DNA from: Pirellulales bacterium
GTDB lineage: Bacteria > Planctomycetota > Planctomycetia > Pirellulales > UBA1268
DNA: 64,000 nucleotides
Assembly: GCA_965249545.1 (NCBI GenBank)
Contig: CBDFMH010000001.1
Location: forward strand, 45 to 64,044
Reading direction: 5' to 3'
Part shown: piece by piece, positions 30,724 to 41,671 of the stretch
Layout: each line of letters begins with the position of its first letter
How positions within the stretch are numbered: position 1 is the first letter of the stretch
Notes under the pieces: model-generated
Databases searched by the model: none
The model's input: the letters and a program-made list of their open reading frames with translations, nothing else
Told to the model about the DNA's origin: nothing
Position numbers and translations under genes: made by a program

Positions 30724-31692
30724 ATGACTGCATCTGTTTCTCCGGTGCTCCCTGACTTAACTGTTCAGCTCGGGCGGCTTTCAATACCGAATCCGATCAT
30801 GGTTGCGTCGGGAACCTTTGGCTACGCCAATGAAATGCAGGAATTTGTTCCACTGCATCGACTTGGTGGGATCGTTCCCAAAACAATTACAGTCGCGCCA
30901 CGAGCGGGAAACCGTCCCTGGCGTACGATTGAGACTGCCTCCGGATTACTGAATTCAATTGGGCTTGATAACGACGGTATTGAACAGTTTGTTCTAGACA
31001 AGCTCCCTTTCCTTCGGTCATGCGGTGCACCTGTGGTTGTCTCAATTGCAGGAGGAACAGTCGCTGAGTTCGTGTTGCTTGCCGAGCAACTCGATAAGGA
31101 AAGTGGAATAGCTGCGCTCGAGTTAAATATCTCATGCCCTAATGTCAGTCACGGTGTTGATTTCGCAACGGATCCAGAGCTCTGTCGACAGGTAGTCGAG
31201 GGTGTACGCCACGCAACTCAGTTACCAGTCATAGCGAAGCTAACACCAAACGTGACGGATATTACATCGATTGCCCAGGCGGCAGCTGACGGCGGTGCGG
31301 ACGCTGTGACGCTCATCAACACCTGCCAGGGGATGGCAGTCAATTGGCGCAGGCAGCGGACACTTTTAGGAAATGGTATCGGTGGTTTAAGCGGTCCTGC
31401 AATTAAACCAATCGCCTTGCGATGCGTCCACCAGGTGCATACCCGCGTTGGTATACCGATAATTGGTGTGGGCGGCATTATGACAACGGATGACTGTATG
31501 GAGTTCTTCGTTGCTGGAGCCTCAGCTGTACAGATTGGAACGGCAAGTTTCGCAGAGCCTGTTATTACAGGACGGATCCTAGACGAACTTCCTGCAGCTG
31601 TAAATTCACTCGGGGCATCGGAACTTCAACAGATCGTTGGTACTCTAGTAATTGGCGATCTTGCGAAAACGTCAGCCAAGACCGGCAAATAA
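30724..31692 (+). CDS. pyrD: Dihydroorotate dehydrogenase, class 1 catalytic subunit
   Basis: NPIMVASGTFG, LLNSIGL.N.G, ELNISCPNV, KLTPNVTDI, GGLSGPAIKP. Confidence 0.93.
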   Translation: MTASVSPVLPDLTVQLGRLSIPNPIMVASGTFGYANEMQEFVPLHRLGGIVPKTITVAPRAGNRPWRTIETASGLLNSIGLDNDGIEQFVLDKLPFLRSCGAPVVVSIAGGTVAEFVLLAEQLDKESGIAALELNISCPNVSHGVDFATDPELCRQVVEGVRHATQLPVIAKLTPNVTDITSIAQAAADGGADAVTLINTCQGMAVNWRRQRTLLGNGIGGLSGPAIKPIALRCVHQVHTRVGIPIIGVGGIMTTDDCMEFFVAGASAVQIGTASFAEPVITGRILDELPAAVNSLGASELQQIVGTLVIGDLAKTSAKTGK

Positions 31693-31735
31693 CTGAGAAC
31701 TATCATTGGATGGGTTCAGGTTTCAATGAGGGCGG

Positions 31736-32788
31736 ATGACAGACGTGTTGGAGATGAATCCCGGTATGCAATCTAAGTCAACTTCTACAGCGAGGATGCG
31801 AGTCCTTTCAGGCATTCAGCCAACAGGACGGTTTCATTGGGGCAATTACTTTGGCGCGATTCGGCAATACATCGAGTTGCAGGATGCCGGGGATGCTTAC
31901 TATTTTATCGCGGACCTTCACGCGCTCACAACAGTTCGCGAACCTGAAAGACTTCGCGGATTTGTACGAGATGCAGCGATTGATCTGGTTGCCTTGGGGC
32001 TCGATCCTGAGCGAGCCACGTTATTTGTTCAGTCAGATGTTCCGGAGGTTGCTGAGCTTACCTGGTTATTGATGACGGTGGCACCGATGGGGCTTTTAGA
32101 ACGGTGTCATGCGTATAAAGATAAAAAAGCCAGAGGACTAACCGCAGACGCTGGCCTGTTTACCTATCCCGTCCTCATGGCTGCAGATATTTTGGCATAC
32201 GATGCTGATGTTGTACCAGTCGGTGAAGATCAGGTGCAACACATTGAAGTATGCCGAGATCTCGCTGGTACTTTTAATCATCTCTACGGTGATGATATTT
32301 TTCGTCTTCCGAAGCCACGGCTTGTTGACGGTGCGGCGAAGGTGCCAGGGACGGATGGGCAGAAGATGTCAAAAAGTTATGAGAACACGATCGAGGTATT
32401 CGAAGACCTGCCAGCACAGAAAAAGAAAATCATGCGAATTACGACGGACTCCCGATCGATGGAGGAGCCAAAGGACCCACAACAAGACCATCTGTACCAG
32501 TTGTTTTCCCTTGTAGGGTCCGAAAAAGAAGTTGTGGAAATGGCAGAACTCTATCGACGTGGTGGGTTCGGGTATGGTGAGGTGAAAAAAGCAGTTGTTG
32601 CGGCTGCCAAAGAGGCTTTCGTCGCCGCACGAGAACGACGGTGTGAACTAGAGTCGAATCCAAGCAGGATAGACGAAATTCTTGCTGTTGGCGCGGAACG
32701 AGCAAGAATAGTCGCTGGTAATGTTCTTGAGCGTGCACGTGAAGCATGTGGGCTGCGTGGTTCATCTACGCGGGGGCGGAAACAATGA
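31736..32788 (+). CDS. trpS: Tryptophanyl-tRNA synthetase
   Basis: [36 protein letters not shown]. Confidence 0.96.
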   Translation: MTDVLEMNPGMQSKSTSTARMRVLSGIQPTGRFHWGNYFGAIRQYIELQDAGDAYYFIADLHALTTVREPERLRGFVRDAAIDLVALGLDPERATLFVQSDVPEVAELTWLLMTVAPMGLLERCHAYKDKKARGLTADAGLFTYPVLMAADILAYDADVVPVGEDQVQHIEVCRDLAGTFNHLYGDDIFRLPKPRLVDGAAKVPGTDGQKMSKSYENTIEVFEDLPAQKKKIMRITTDSRSMEEPKDPQQDHLYQLFSLVGSEKEVVEMAELYRRGGFGYGEVKKAVVAAAKEAFVAARERRCELESNPSRIDEILAVGAERARIVAGNVLERAREACGLRGSSTRGRKQ

Positions 32789-33204
32789 ATGTGCTTGGTG
32801 TTGGCACGGACATCACAGAGTGCCTGCGGATAGGCAAAATGATTGAGCGACACGGAGAGCTTTTTGTACAACGTGTCTATACGCCCAAAGAAATTGAATA
32901 CTGCCGAGGCCGCCGGATGGCGATGCAGCATTTTGCTGGGCGATGGGCTGCGAAAGAGGCAATTCTTAAGGCACTTGGTACAGGGTGGCGGCAGGGCATC
33001 AGTTGGCGCGATATCGAGGTCGTCAATGGCGTAACTGGAAGGCCCGTTGTGACTCTGATGGGCGGCACGCAAGACATTGCTGAAAAAATGGGGATAGGTG
33101 GCGTGCTTGTAAGTATTTCTCATTGCCGCACTCATGCCACGGCTCACGCGATCGCGGTAAGCCAGATGCCACCAACGTTCGATCAGGATATGCCTTGGGA
33201 GTAG
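32785..33204 (+). CDS. acpS: Holo-ACP synthase
   Basis: [29 protein letters not shown]; ATGA overlap with trpS. Confidence 0.94.
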   Translation: MNVLGVGTDITECLRIGKMIERHGELFVQRVYTPKEIEYCRGRRMAMQHFAGRWAAKEAILKALGTGWRQGISWRDIEVVNGVTGRPVVTLMGGTQDIAEKMGIGGVLVSISHCRTHATAHAIAVSQMPPTFDQDMPWE

Positions 33205-33209
33205 GCGGC

Positions 33210-35960
33210 CTACTTTTCAATAAACTTATCCAGTTCGGCAACCCCGCCTTCAATAGTCAAGTCGGATACTGGGGTTCCATCGTCTACCTGCGTTTGCCCA
33301 TCGCGGCGTGTGAGCACAAGCGTCTGCTGACTTTTCATATGGTCGGTTAATTGCTTTCGAAGATCCTTCTGTTCTTTTTCTGGAAGTTTCGCAAATGCAC
33401 CTCGTCCACGGCATTTTGGAAATTTACTACACCCGAGCCATGGACCTCGCTTGCCATCACGAAGGTTGAGGAATTCGCCACATTTAGAACACTCAATGTC
33501 TGTCAGAATGGGGGGAGGGGCAGGGAACTTGAGGTTTCCTTTTTTGTCAATGTTCATGATAAATGATGCGGGTGCATCCGGATCTGATTTCTTAGATGAC
33601 TTTTTCGGTGGCGGTGGGCCATCTTCGACAAGAAAGTCTCCAAACCGACCCGTTCGTTTCACCATCGGCGTTCCATTTGGTGAGAGAAGGTCAATTTGCT
33701 CTGGGAGCAGGGGCCTGCCGTCGCGGTCAACAGGCATGGCGAAGGTGCAAGCCGGTATTTCTTTTGGCTTTCGCTTTCGAGGTTTTTTCCCTTTCGCTGT
33801 CTTCTTTGGAGGAGGCGGTTCCACAAGTATTTTTTCGTTATACCCACAGCATGACAGAAACCGGCCTGTTTTTCCGAGACGATACTCAAGACGACGGTCG
33901 CACGTTGGGCAAGCATATTCAGAAGGCGTCGATTCGGCTTTTTTGTGCTTGAGTTGATCAGCGAATTCAATTTTAGGAACAAGTTCTTCATAGAACTCAT
34001 GGAGCATGTCGGTCCACTGTTTTTTTCCTTCAGCTACTTGATCGAGTTCCTGTTCGATCTCACGGGTATAGCCGACTTCGATAAACTGATCGTGGAAGCC
34101 TTCCTCAAGGAATTCTGTAACTGCTTCACCAAGTGCGGTCGCATAAAATCGCCTTTCGCGTTGTTCTACATAGCCACGATTTTCGATGACATTGATAATG
34201 CTTGCATAGGTCGACGGCCTCCCGATTCCTTCTTCCTCTAGTTTCTTTACAAGAGTCGCCTCACTGTACCGAGGTGGCGGCGCTTGGAATTTCTGCCTTG
34301 GCTCAATACTGAACGGTGCGAGTTGTGTTCCTTTATCAAAATCGGGCAGGACCTGATCGCCGTCTCCCTTCGGGATTCCGGTAACACGCAAACAGCCATC
34401 AAATCGCAAGACACGTCCATTTGTTTTAAAGACGGCTCCTGTATCTTTGTCTGAACGTCGCATACGCACAGCCGTGCTGTCCCATTCAGCATCGGTTGCT
34501 TGGCAACCAACAAATGATTGCCAGATGAGCCGGTAGAGTTTGAGTTGCTCGTCGCTTAAAGCCGAGGCGATAGTATCTGGATCACGAAATGGATCGGTTG
34601 GTCGAATCGCTTCGTGAGCTTCTTGTGCTGACTGATTACTGCTTGAGTAAAAGCGAGGTTTTTCAGGGAGGTATTCTTTCCCTAATTTTTCTTCAAGGTA
34701 GCTTCGCGCTAACTTTATGGCTTCACCGGATAAATTCGTTGAGTCAGTTCGCATGTACGTAATTAGTCCGACTCGCCCTTCGCCTGGCAGGTCGATGCCC
34801 TCGTAGAGTTGCTGAGCGACACGCATTGTTCGATCCGTTGACATGCTCAGTCGGCTACTTGCTGCCTGCTGCAAGGTGCTTGTGATAAATGGTGGATAGG
34901 GTCTCGACTTTGTGCGTTTCACATCAATTGAATCGATGCTATAGCGTGTGTTGGAGTCTGGCTTTCCCGTTATCCGTACAACATTTTTTGCTCTTCCCTT
35001 GCCGGTACTGCTTTCCTCTCGTTGGATATCAATGTCGACTAAGCCCGCTGCCTCAGCAGCCGATACTGCTTTATCAACAAGTTCTTCGGCCGATGTTTTG
35101 TCGGCCTCAATCTTCAAGGTCTTTCCACCAACCTCAACAAGTTCGGCGGAAAGGCTGCGGTGATCAGACAGCCAGGCGGTACGTTGCTTAATTGTTGGTG
35201 GTCGGTTGCGATCATCTCGCTGCGACATGAAGTCGTTCCAGACGGCATGCAGAGCGTCAGCGCCATCGGTATCAAACGAGAGATATCCTGAAAATTCCCA
35301 AGACTCATCTGGAGTAAAGTCACGAATCTGTTTCTCACGCTCTACAACAAGCCTTGTAGCCACGCTCTGTACGCGGCCCGCACTTAATCCCGAGGCGACC
35401 TTTTTCCATAAAATTGGAGAAACTCGGTACCCAACAATGCGATCAACAATTCGGCGAGCCTGCTGTGCTTCCACACGAGGCATATTAATACTGCGAGGAT
35501 TTTCAAAAGCTCGTTGAACGTCAGACTTCGTGATCGCGTCAAAAGTGACTCGTTTCGCCTGTTTTGGGTCGACTTTCAGTTCTTCTGCAAGATGCCAGGC
35601 GATGGCTTCTCCTTCACGATCAAGGTCAGTTGCGAACCAAATATCACGAGCCCCTTTCGCGAGCTTGCGGAGTTCTGTGACCGTCTTTTTCTTTGCTGAA
35701 TCGACTTCATAAGTTGGTGCAAAGTCATGCTCGAGGTCGACTCCGGGTACAAGTTGTTTGATTCCCTTGGGAGCTCGGCTCGGAAGATCACGAATGTGCC
35801 CCACTGACGCTTTTACGACAAATCCACGTCCAAGATACTTCTCGATGGTCTTCGCTTTTGCCGGACTTTCAACAATTACGAGCTCATAGTCGCCGGAAGG
35901 AGCGGCTCGGGGAGCTGATTTGCTGCTTGTGCGAGCCTTACGGGTGGTCTTTTTGGCCAT
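33210..35960 (-). CDS. topA: DNA topoisomerase I (type IA) with C-terminal Zn ribbons
   Basis: LVIVESPAKAKTI, ATDLDREGEAI, SAGRVQS, ITYMRTDS (catalytic Tyr), GIGRPSTY. Confidence 0.97.
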   Translation of the reverse strand: MAKKTTRKARTSSKSAPRAAPSGDYELVIVESPAKAKTIEKYLGRGFVVKASVGHIRDLPSRAPKGIKQLVPGVDLEHDFAPTYEVDSAKKKTVTELRKLAKGARDIWFATDLDREGEAIAWHLAEELKVDPKQAKRVTFDAITKSDVQRAFENPRSINMPRVEAQQARRIVDRIVGYRVSPILWKKVASGLSAGRVQSVATRLVVEREKQIRDFTPDESWEFSGYLSFDTDGADALHAVWNDFMSQRDDRNRPPTIKQRTAWLSDHRSLSAELVEVGGKTLKIEADKTSAEELVDKAVSAAEAAGLVDIDIQREESSTGKGRAKNVVRITGKPDSNTRYSIDSIDVKRTKSRPYPPFITSTLQQAASSRLSMSTDRTMRVAQQLYEGIDLPGEGRVGLITYMRTDSTNLSGEAIKLARSYLEEKLGKEYLPEKPRFYSSSNQSAQEAHEAIRPTDPFRDPDTIASALSDEQLKLYRLIWQSFVGCQATDAEWDSTAVRMRRSDKDTGAVFKTNGRVLRFDGCLRVTGIPKGDGDQVLPDFDKGTQLAPFSIEPRQKFQAPPPRYSEATLVKKLEEEGIGRPSTYASIINVIENRGYVEQRERRFYATALGEAVTEFLEEGFHDQFIEVGYTREIEQELDQVAEGKKQWTDMLHEFYEELVPKIEFADQLKHKKAESTPSEYACPTCDRRLEYRLGKTGRFLSCCGYNEKILVEPPPPKKTAKGKKPRKRKPKEIPACTFAMPVDRDGRPLLPEQIDLLSPNGTPMVKRTGRFGDFLVEDGPPPPKKSSKKSDPDAPASFIMNIDKKGNLKFPAPPPILTDIECSKCGEFLNLRDGKRGPWLGCSKFPKCRGRGAFAKLPEKEQKDLRKQLTDHMKSQQTLVLTRRDGQTQVDDGTPVSDLTIEGGVAELDKFIEK

Positions 35961-36140
35961 GAATTTTGTATAAAAAGGGAGTGAAAGTGAATAATTTCTA
36001 CTGATATCGGGATTGGCACCAAACTATCTGGCGATACAATTTCGACCTAGTTCTAGCTAAACAGCGTTACCTTCCCCGATCTCTACTTGTCAAGCCTCAG
36101 TGGTTTTCCAGCCCGCGGCACTTCAGAAAAAGGCGGTTTT

Positions 36141-38420
36141 ATGGCCGGATCATTCAACTTCTTCCGGAAATATCAGCGATCGATGCTCGTAGCAGTAGCG
36201 GTCTTGGCGATGTTGGCCTTTTTTGTGTTGCCTCCATTTCTCCAGATGGGGGCAGGCTCGTCCTCTGCAGACCCTGTTGTTGTGTCATGGAAAGGCGGCG
36301 CTGTTCGAGAAGACCAGCTCGAACGAGCAGTGGCACTGAGAACCCTCGCGAACCGTTTTCTTATGCAGGCGGCTGCTACAGCCGGTCGAGACCCTTCTCG
36401 ACTACCCGCATTCCCAGAGGGTGAGGAATTGATTGTTCGCGAAATGCTTCTTGCAAAAGAGGCCGAAAAAATTGGATTGACAGTTAGCAACACCGCAATC
36501 AATGAGTTCATTGCAGCTTGGACGAATAATATGGTTCGACAAGATCAGCTTGATGGAATCATTGCAGGCCTTCGCTATGGCCGTACACCGGTTTTGGCCG
36601 CCGACCTCTTTGAGTCCTTACGCACGGCGCTTGTTGCACGAAATACTCTGCTTTTATTTCAAACAGGTTTTTCAGGCGATCCGCCGGGTTGGCGGTGGGA
36701 CTTCTACAAACGACTTGAACAGTCTGCAACGATTAAAGCTTTTCCAGTTGAGGTCGAAAACCTTGCGACTTCAATTGAGGCACCAAGTGAATCAGAACTA
36801 AGAGCTTATTTTGAAAAATTCAAAAACAACCTGCCATCAGCACGGAGCCCAAACCCCGGGTTTAAAGAGCCTCATCGGGTTCGATACACATCACTCATGG
36901 CAGATCAGAAGGAATTTGAGGATGAGGCAGAGAAAACAATAACGGAAAAGGACGTAAAAGAGTTTTACGAGACAAATAAGGAAAGTCGATTTCGTCAGTC
37001 ACCGCCTGATGCTCCGCTCACACAAGAATCGGCTCCGAGTCCGACCGATGATAAAAGCGAAGTGAAAGCAGGAAAGGAAAGTGGAGAAGGAAAAACACTG
37101 AAGGACAGTCCTGAGGCTCCGAGCCAACCGGAACAAAGCGCGAAAGAGAATGCACCGAACGATTCCAGTGAAAAAAAATCAAAGGAGAGCCGGGGGCAGG
37201 AGAAGGATGCAAGTCAGCCGTTGGATTCCGAGAGTAGTTCAACGAATCACAGGACACGAGTGATTCCCGTTACTTTTCAGGTGAAAGAAGAGACGGATGA
37301 AACTGATTCATCTGCCAAGGACGCCAGTCAGCAGCCTGAGAAAGCACCCGTTACTGGAGCTGCAATACCGGATTCGGTTGAACCACCGCCGGCTGACAAC
37401 CCAGCGGCCACTAAAGAAAACAAAGAGCCGGCAGATTCCTCTGAACCAGAAATGACATTTCAGCCGCTTGAAGAAGTAGCCGAACAAATACGTCAGGAGA
37501 TTTCTCGGCAACGCGCTACTGAAACAATCGATGCAATTTTTTCAGCACTGGCTGCCGATGTAAATGCTTACGCTGAAGATCGTGCGCTCTGGATTGCCCG
37601 TGGAAAAGATGGTGACAAAGAGCCGACACCCCCTGATGCTATGAAGATAGCTGAAAAGCAATCGCTTGTTGCAGTAGAGTCTGATTGGTTGACTGTGAAC
37701 GAAGCCGCTGACAGTGGCGGTATAGGAAGCAGTTTTGAATTTGTACCTGATCCGTCAAGTCGCTTTGGCATTCGCCAGCAGCGATGGCTTGAGGTGATGT
37801 TCGGTGATGGGACGATACCTCTTCGTCCGGTAACGTCACGAGATGCTGAAGGAAATCGCTATTTCTCCTGGAAGCAAGACGATCAAGAAGAACGGGTTCC
37901 GGCCTTTGAGGAGGCCCGTGATAATGTTGAAAAGGCATGGCGAATAGTCGAGGCCCGTCCCCTTGCCTTAGAGCAAGCTACTAGTTTAGTTGCGAAGATG
38001 AATGAAAAAGGTTTTGTGGAATCGCTTTCGAAGGCTGAACTCGAGAAAGTTCAGGACATTGGTCCATTCACCTGGCTTACGCAAGGTGCGGCGGGAGTGA
38101 ATGCAGCACCAGTGTTATCATCGCCTCAGGGGCTTGCTATGCCAGGAAACGCGATGATGCAAAAGGTGTTTGCAACTACTGAAGGGAAAAGCGTTGCTGT
38201 ATTTAATGAGCCAAAGACAATCTGTTATGTCATTGGTGTTCTTGCGTTTCAGCCTCCAGAGAACGAGTTGCAGAACAGGTTCGAAGGCATTCTTGGAGAT
38301 CAGAGACGTTTGTCCATGGTCGCTCAGACCGCATTTGCTGAGGTCTTTATGGATTGGATCGCTGGCTTGGAGAAAGATTTAGAACTGACGTGGAATCGTG
38401 ACCCAAGGCTGCCTCGGTAA
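36141..38420 (+). CDS. Membrane-anchored periplasmic protein, SurA-N/PpiD-like, with long acidic low-complexity linker
   Basis: FNFFRKYQR plus N-terminal TM; LLAKEAEKIGLTVS...I (SurA_N-like); PSESELRAYFEK, FQPLEEVAEQIR and PAFEEARD repeats like PpiD; disordered E/S/P/K-rich centre. Confidence 0.6.
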   Translation: MAGSFNFFRKYQRSMLVAVAVLAMLAFFVLPPFLQMGAGSSSADPVVVSWKGGAVREDQLERAVALRTLANRFLMQAAATAGRDPSRLPAFPEGEELIVREMLLAKEAEKIGLTVSNTAINEFIAAWTNNMVRQDQLDGIIAGLRYGRTPVLAADLFESLRTALVARNTLLLFQTGFSGDPPGWRWDFYKRLEQSATIKAFPVEVENLATSIEAPSESELRAYFEKFKNNLPSARSPNPGFKEPHRVRYTSLMADQKEFEDEAEKTITEKDVKEFYETNKESRFRQSPPDAPLTQESAPSPTDDKSEVKAGKESGEGKTLKDSPEAPSQPEQSAKENAPNDSSEKKSKESRGQEKDASQPLDSESSSTNHRTRVIPVTFQVKEETDETDSSAKDASQQPEKAPVTGAAIPDSVEPPPADNPAATKENKEPADSSEPEMTFQPLEEVAEQIRQEISRQRATETIDAIFSALAADVNAYAEDRALWIARGKDGDKEPTPPDAMKIAEKQSLVAVESDWLTVNEAADSGGIGSSFEFVPDPSSRFGIRQQRWLEVMFGDGTIPLRPVTSRDAEGNRYFSWKQDDQEERVPAFEEARDNVEKAWRIVEARPLALEQATSLVAKMNEKGFVESLSKAELEKVQDIGPFTWLTQGAAGVNAAPVLSSPQGLAMPGNAMMQKVFATTEGKSVAVFNEPKTICYVIGVLAFQPPENELQNRFEGILGDQRRLSMVAQTAFAEVFMDWIAGLEKDLELTWNRDPRLPR

Positions 38421-38456
38421 ATAGTGGAGGAAACTCACCGTAAGACGTCTTTGGTT

Positions 38457-40364
38457 TTAAGGCGTTTCTATTAAATCCGTGGTATCAAAGGGCTTTAATG
38501 CGACCGCTGCAAGCGGAGGGATGGTGATAGAGACTGAGTACTCTCGCCCATGTTGGGCAATCTGTTCACATGGAAGTCGGTCGTTATTGATGATATTGCT
38601 ACCTCCAAGGTGAGCAGCATCACTATTAAAAATTTCTACAAAGTGATCAGCTGTAGGAACACCTACTCGATAGTTTTCACGAGGAACCGGTGTGAAATTG
38701 CACACGATAAGTAATACATCTTTTTGAGAAACACCTTTTCTCAAAAACGTAATAATACTTTCTTGCCAATTCTGGCAGTCGATCCATTCAAACCCTTGTC
38801 CATCAAAATCTATTTGGTGAAGAGACGTCTCCTCTCGTAGTAATCTGTTGAGCTCTGTAACAGTTTGCGAGAGTCCTCGGTGGCTGTCCTCTTGGAGTAG
38901 GTGCCACTGGAGGCTTTCATCAAAATTCCATTCTTCCGGCTGACCAAACTCATTACCCATAAACAAGAGCTTTTTGCCTGGATGGAACCACATTAATGAA
39001 TACAGTAGTCGTAGGTTGGCGAATTGTTGCCACCTGTCACCAGGCATTTGGCTAAGCAAAGAGTCTTTTCCGTGGACCACTTCGTCATGCGAAAGTGGGA
39101 GGACAAAGTTTTCATGAAACGCATAGATTAAGCTGAATGTGAGTTCGTCATGGTGAAACTTTCTGTGAACTGGATCCTGCTTCATGAATCGCAGGGTGTC
39201 GTTCATCCAGCCCATATTCCATTTAAGGCTAAATCCAAGTCCACCAGTATGAGTTGGTCGCGAAACACCAGGCCAGGCCGTGGATTCCTCGGCGATGGTC
39301 AGCGTGCCAGGGAAGTGATGATGAACCTGGACATTTAATTCCTTAAGGAATTCAATTGCTTCGAGGTTTTCACGGCCACCAAAGCAGTTTGGTAACCACT
39401 CTCCTTCACGACGACTGTAATCGAGATAAAGCATTGAAGCGACCGCATCAACACGCAGTCCGTCAACATGGTAATGGTCCAGCCAGAATAGAGCTGAGGA
39501 GATGAGGTAATTCGCTACTTCGTTGCGACCATAGTTGAAAATAAGGGTTCCCCAGTCTGGGTGCTCGCCCCTACGCGGGTCTTCATGTTCGTAGAGAGCA
39601 GTCCCATCCAAACGGCGAAGCCCATGATCATCTTTTGGAAAGTGCGCAGGCACCCAATCGATAATGACTCCAATGCCGGCTTGATGACAACCGTCAATCA
39701 GTGACATGAAATCTTGAGGTGTACCAAAGCGACTTGTTGCAGCAAATAAGCCAATCGTTTGGTAGCCCCAACTTGCAGAGAGGGGATGTTCTGTCGGTGG
39801 AAGAAATTCCAAATGGGTAAATCCCATTTCGAGGCAGTAAGGAATAAGTTCTTGCTCAAGGTCACGGTATGTCAGCCAGCGATGCGGGTCATCCCCTGGA
39901 CGCCTCCAGCTTCCAAGATGAACTTCATAAAAAGAGATTGGCTCACTGAACCAATCTCGCCGCAGCCTTTGCTCCATCCATTGTGAATCACTCCAGCTGT
40001 AATCACTTAAATCCGTGATAACAGAAGCGTTCTGCGGTGGCACCTCAGCTGAGTACCCGTAAGGATCGGCGCGATCAATAGTTCCTTCAGCTGTTTGAAC
40101 ACGGAACTTGTAGGCAGTATGAGGCCTAACACCAGGAACGAAGAGTTGCCAGAAGCCAGACGGTACCAACTTACTCATCTTGTGGTTGTGGCCAGCCCAG
40201 TCGTTGAAATCACCAACGACACTAACTACCTCAGCATTTGGCGCCCAGAGAGCAAAATGGACTCCCTGTTGTCCATTACGGGTACACAGTTGCGCACCAA
40301 GCTTGTCATAGCTTTTCCAGTGTCTGCCTTCGCCTAGGAGGTGTAGGTCGTAATCAGTCAGCAT
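38457..40364 (-). CDS. glgB: 1,4-alpha-glucan branching enzyme (short-N-terminus form)
   Basis: [66 protein letters not shown]. Start uncertain (40364-40457). Confidence 0.96.
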   Translation of the reverse strand: MLTDYDLHLLGEGRHWKSYDKLGAQLCTRNGQQGVHFALWAPNAEVVSVVGDFNDWAGHNHKMSKLVPSGFWQLFVPGVRPHTAYKFRVQTAEGTIDRADPYGYSAEVPPQNASVITDLSDYSWSDSQWMEQRLRRDWFSEPISFYEVHLGSWRRPGDDPHRWLTYRDLEQELIPYCLEMGFTHLEFLPPTEHPLSASWGYQTIGLFAATSRFGTPQDFMSLIDGCHQAGIGVIIDWVPAHFPKDDHGLRRLDGTALYEHEDPRRGEHPDWGTLIFNYGRNEVANYLISSALFWLDHYHVDGLRVDAVASMLYLDYSRREGEWLPNCFGGRENLEAIEFLKELNVQVHHHFPGTLTIAEESTAWPGVSRPTHTGGLGFSLKWNMGWMNDTLRFMKQDPVHRKFHHDELTFSLIYAFHENFVLPLSHDEVVHGKDSLLSQMPGDRWQQFANLRLLYSLMWFHPGKKLLFMGNEFGQPEEWNFDESLQWHLLQEDSHRGLSQTVTELNRLLREETSLHQIDFDGQGFEWIDCQNWQESIITFLRKGVSQKDVLLIVCNFTPVPRENYRVGVPTADHFVEIFNSDAAHLGGSNIINNDRLPCEQIAQHGREYSVSITIPPLAAVALKPFDTTDLIETP

Positions 40365-40606
40365 TTGTTCAAGTAGAGAAGGGGATGTGAGTAAGAAGGT
40401 GCAGCGGTTCCCAAACGAGCCACAATGATGCCGACTGCTACATGATGTAGCGATCAATCAGGGGGCTCAATCAATCGTACCGCTGAATGACTAGCCGTGC
40501 TGTCCAATAGGAATGGTTTTGGGTCAGGTTGTTCCGCCTGAAGCGACAGTGCCACCTGAAAGGGGCACTGGGAGCATAAGGCAAGGGTGAATTGATCAAT
40601 AGGAAA

Positions 40607-40637
40607 GGCCCGCCGACTAGAAGTCTGTCGGCGGGCC
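40607..40637 (-). terminator. GC-rich hairpin, probable intrinsic terminator of the peptidase C26 gene
   Basis: Perfect 11-bp stem GGCCCGCCGAC/GTCGGCGGGCC with 9-nt loop, about 45 nt after the stop; followed by TTTCCT on the minus strand. Confidence 0.65.
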
Positions 40638-40682
40638 GCTCGAATTTATCTATGAAGTTGGTATTGGAAACGTCCGCTCGGA

Positions 40683-41429
40683 TTATGCCACGAGCCGCAT
40701 CGCCGGTACTTCTCCGGTAATTCCAACAACAAACTCTTCAAAAATCTTTGCATCAAGAGCAGATGCCGAGTCTGCCTCTGGGTGAAACTGGGTGCCAATC
40801 GCAAGCCATCCCTCAACTTCACTCTCAATAGCCTCGATGACTCCATCAGGAGATCTCGCCGTTATACGGAATCCTGACGCAAGATCATCAATAGCCATAT
40901 GGTGCATGCTGTTAACGCGTATTTCACCATCTCCATACACACGCTCCATTGCAGAATCCGATTCTACGAGAAGTCCATGACGGTGAGCGGTGTCGAGTGG
41001 GTCTTTGTGAGGGATCGCTTGGGGCATGTCTTCAGGAAGATGCAGATACAGGGTGCCACCTTCGGTGACATTAAGAAGCTGCATGCCGCAGCCAATGGCA
41101 AGTACGGGTAAATGCCTGGCACAGACGTGCTTGGCCAACATGCGGTCAAAGTCTTCACGTCTTTGATCCATTGGACGAACTGCGGGATGTGGCATGTAGC
41201 CGTCTCGTTGTGGGTCAAGATCTGCACCACCAATAAGGACAACTCCGTCAAGCGTGTCGAGCAATCTTACGAGGTCGTCTTCTTCGTCAAGAGGAGGCAA
41301 AACAAGAGGTATGCCTCCGGATTGAATGATGTTCTCGTAATAGCCCGCCGCTATGAATGAAAGCGAAGCATGCTCCTTGCAACTGGAGCGAAAGTCCATA
41401 TTAATTCCGATTACCGGTTTGGCTGCCAT
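40683..41429 (-). CDS. Gamma-glutamyl-gamma-aminobutyrate hydrolase family protein (peptidase C26, PuuD-like)
   Basis: KPVIGIN, LDGVVLIGGAD, IGCGMQLLNV..GGTL, VNSMHH, QFHPE; GAAGGA SD before ATG 41429. Confidence 0.88.
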   Translation of the reverse strand: MAAKPVIGINMDFRSSCKEHASLSFIAAGYYENIIQSGGIPLVLPPLDEEDDLVRLLDTLDGVVLIGGADLDPQRDGYMPHPAVRPMDQRREDFDRMLAKHVCARHLPVLAIGCGMQLLNVTEGGTLYLHLPEDMPQAIPHKDPLDTAHRHGLLVESDSAMERVYGDGEIRVNSMHHMAIDDLASGFRITARSPDGVIEAIESEVEGWLAIGTQFHPEADSASALDAKIFEEFVVGITGEVPAMRLVA

Positions 41430-41671
41430 GAAAGTTCCTTCTTCGAGCAACACTGTTGCGTGTTTGCGCCACTCATCCTTGAGCGACAATTTCAAACATT
41501 GCGGGTGTGAAGATATCGCTCAAAAAAAACAAGACAAGCATCTTTTTGATTTTGTGGTCAGGAATAGATCCAACCACAAGATGCTGTGCTAGCACTTTAT
41601 TTGCTAGCACACGGTGTCGTCTGGCACAGAATTTGCGCAACGAGAGCAAGGCTTGTCACTACCCGTTCTTA

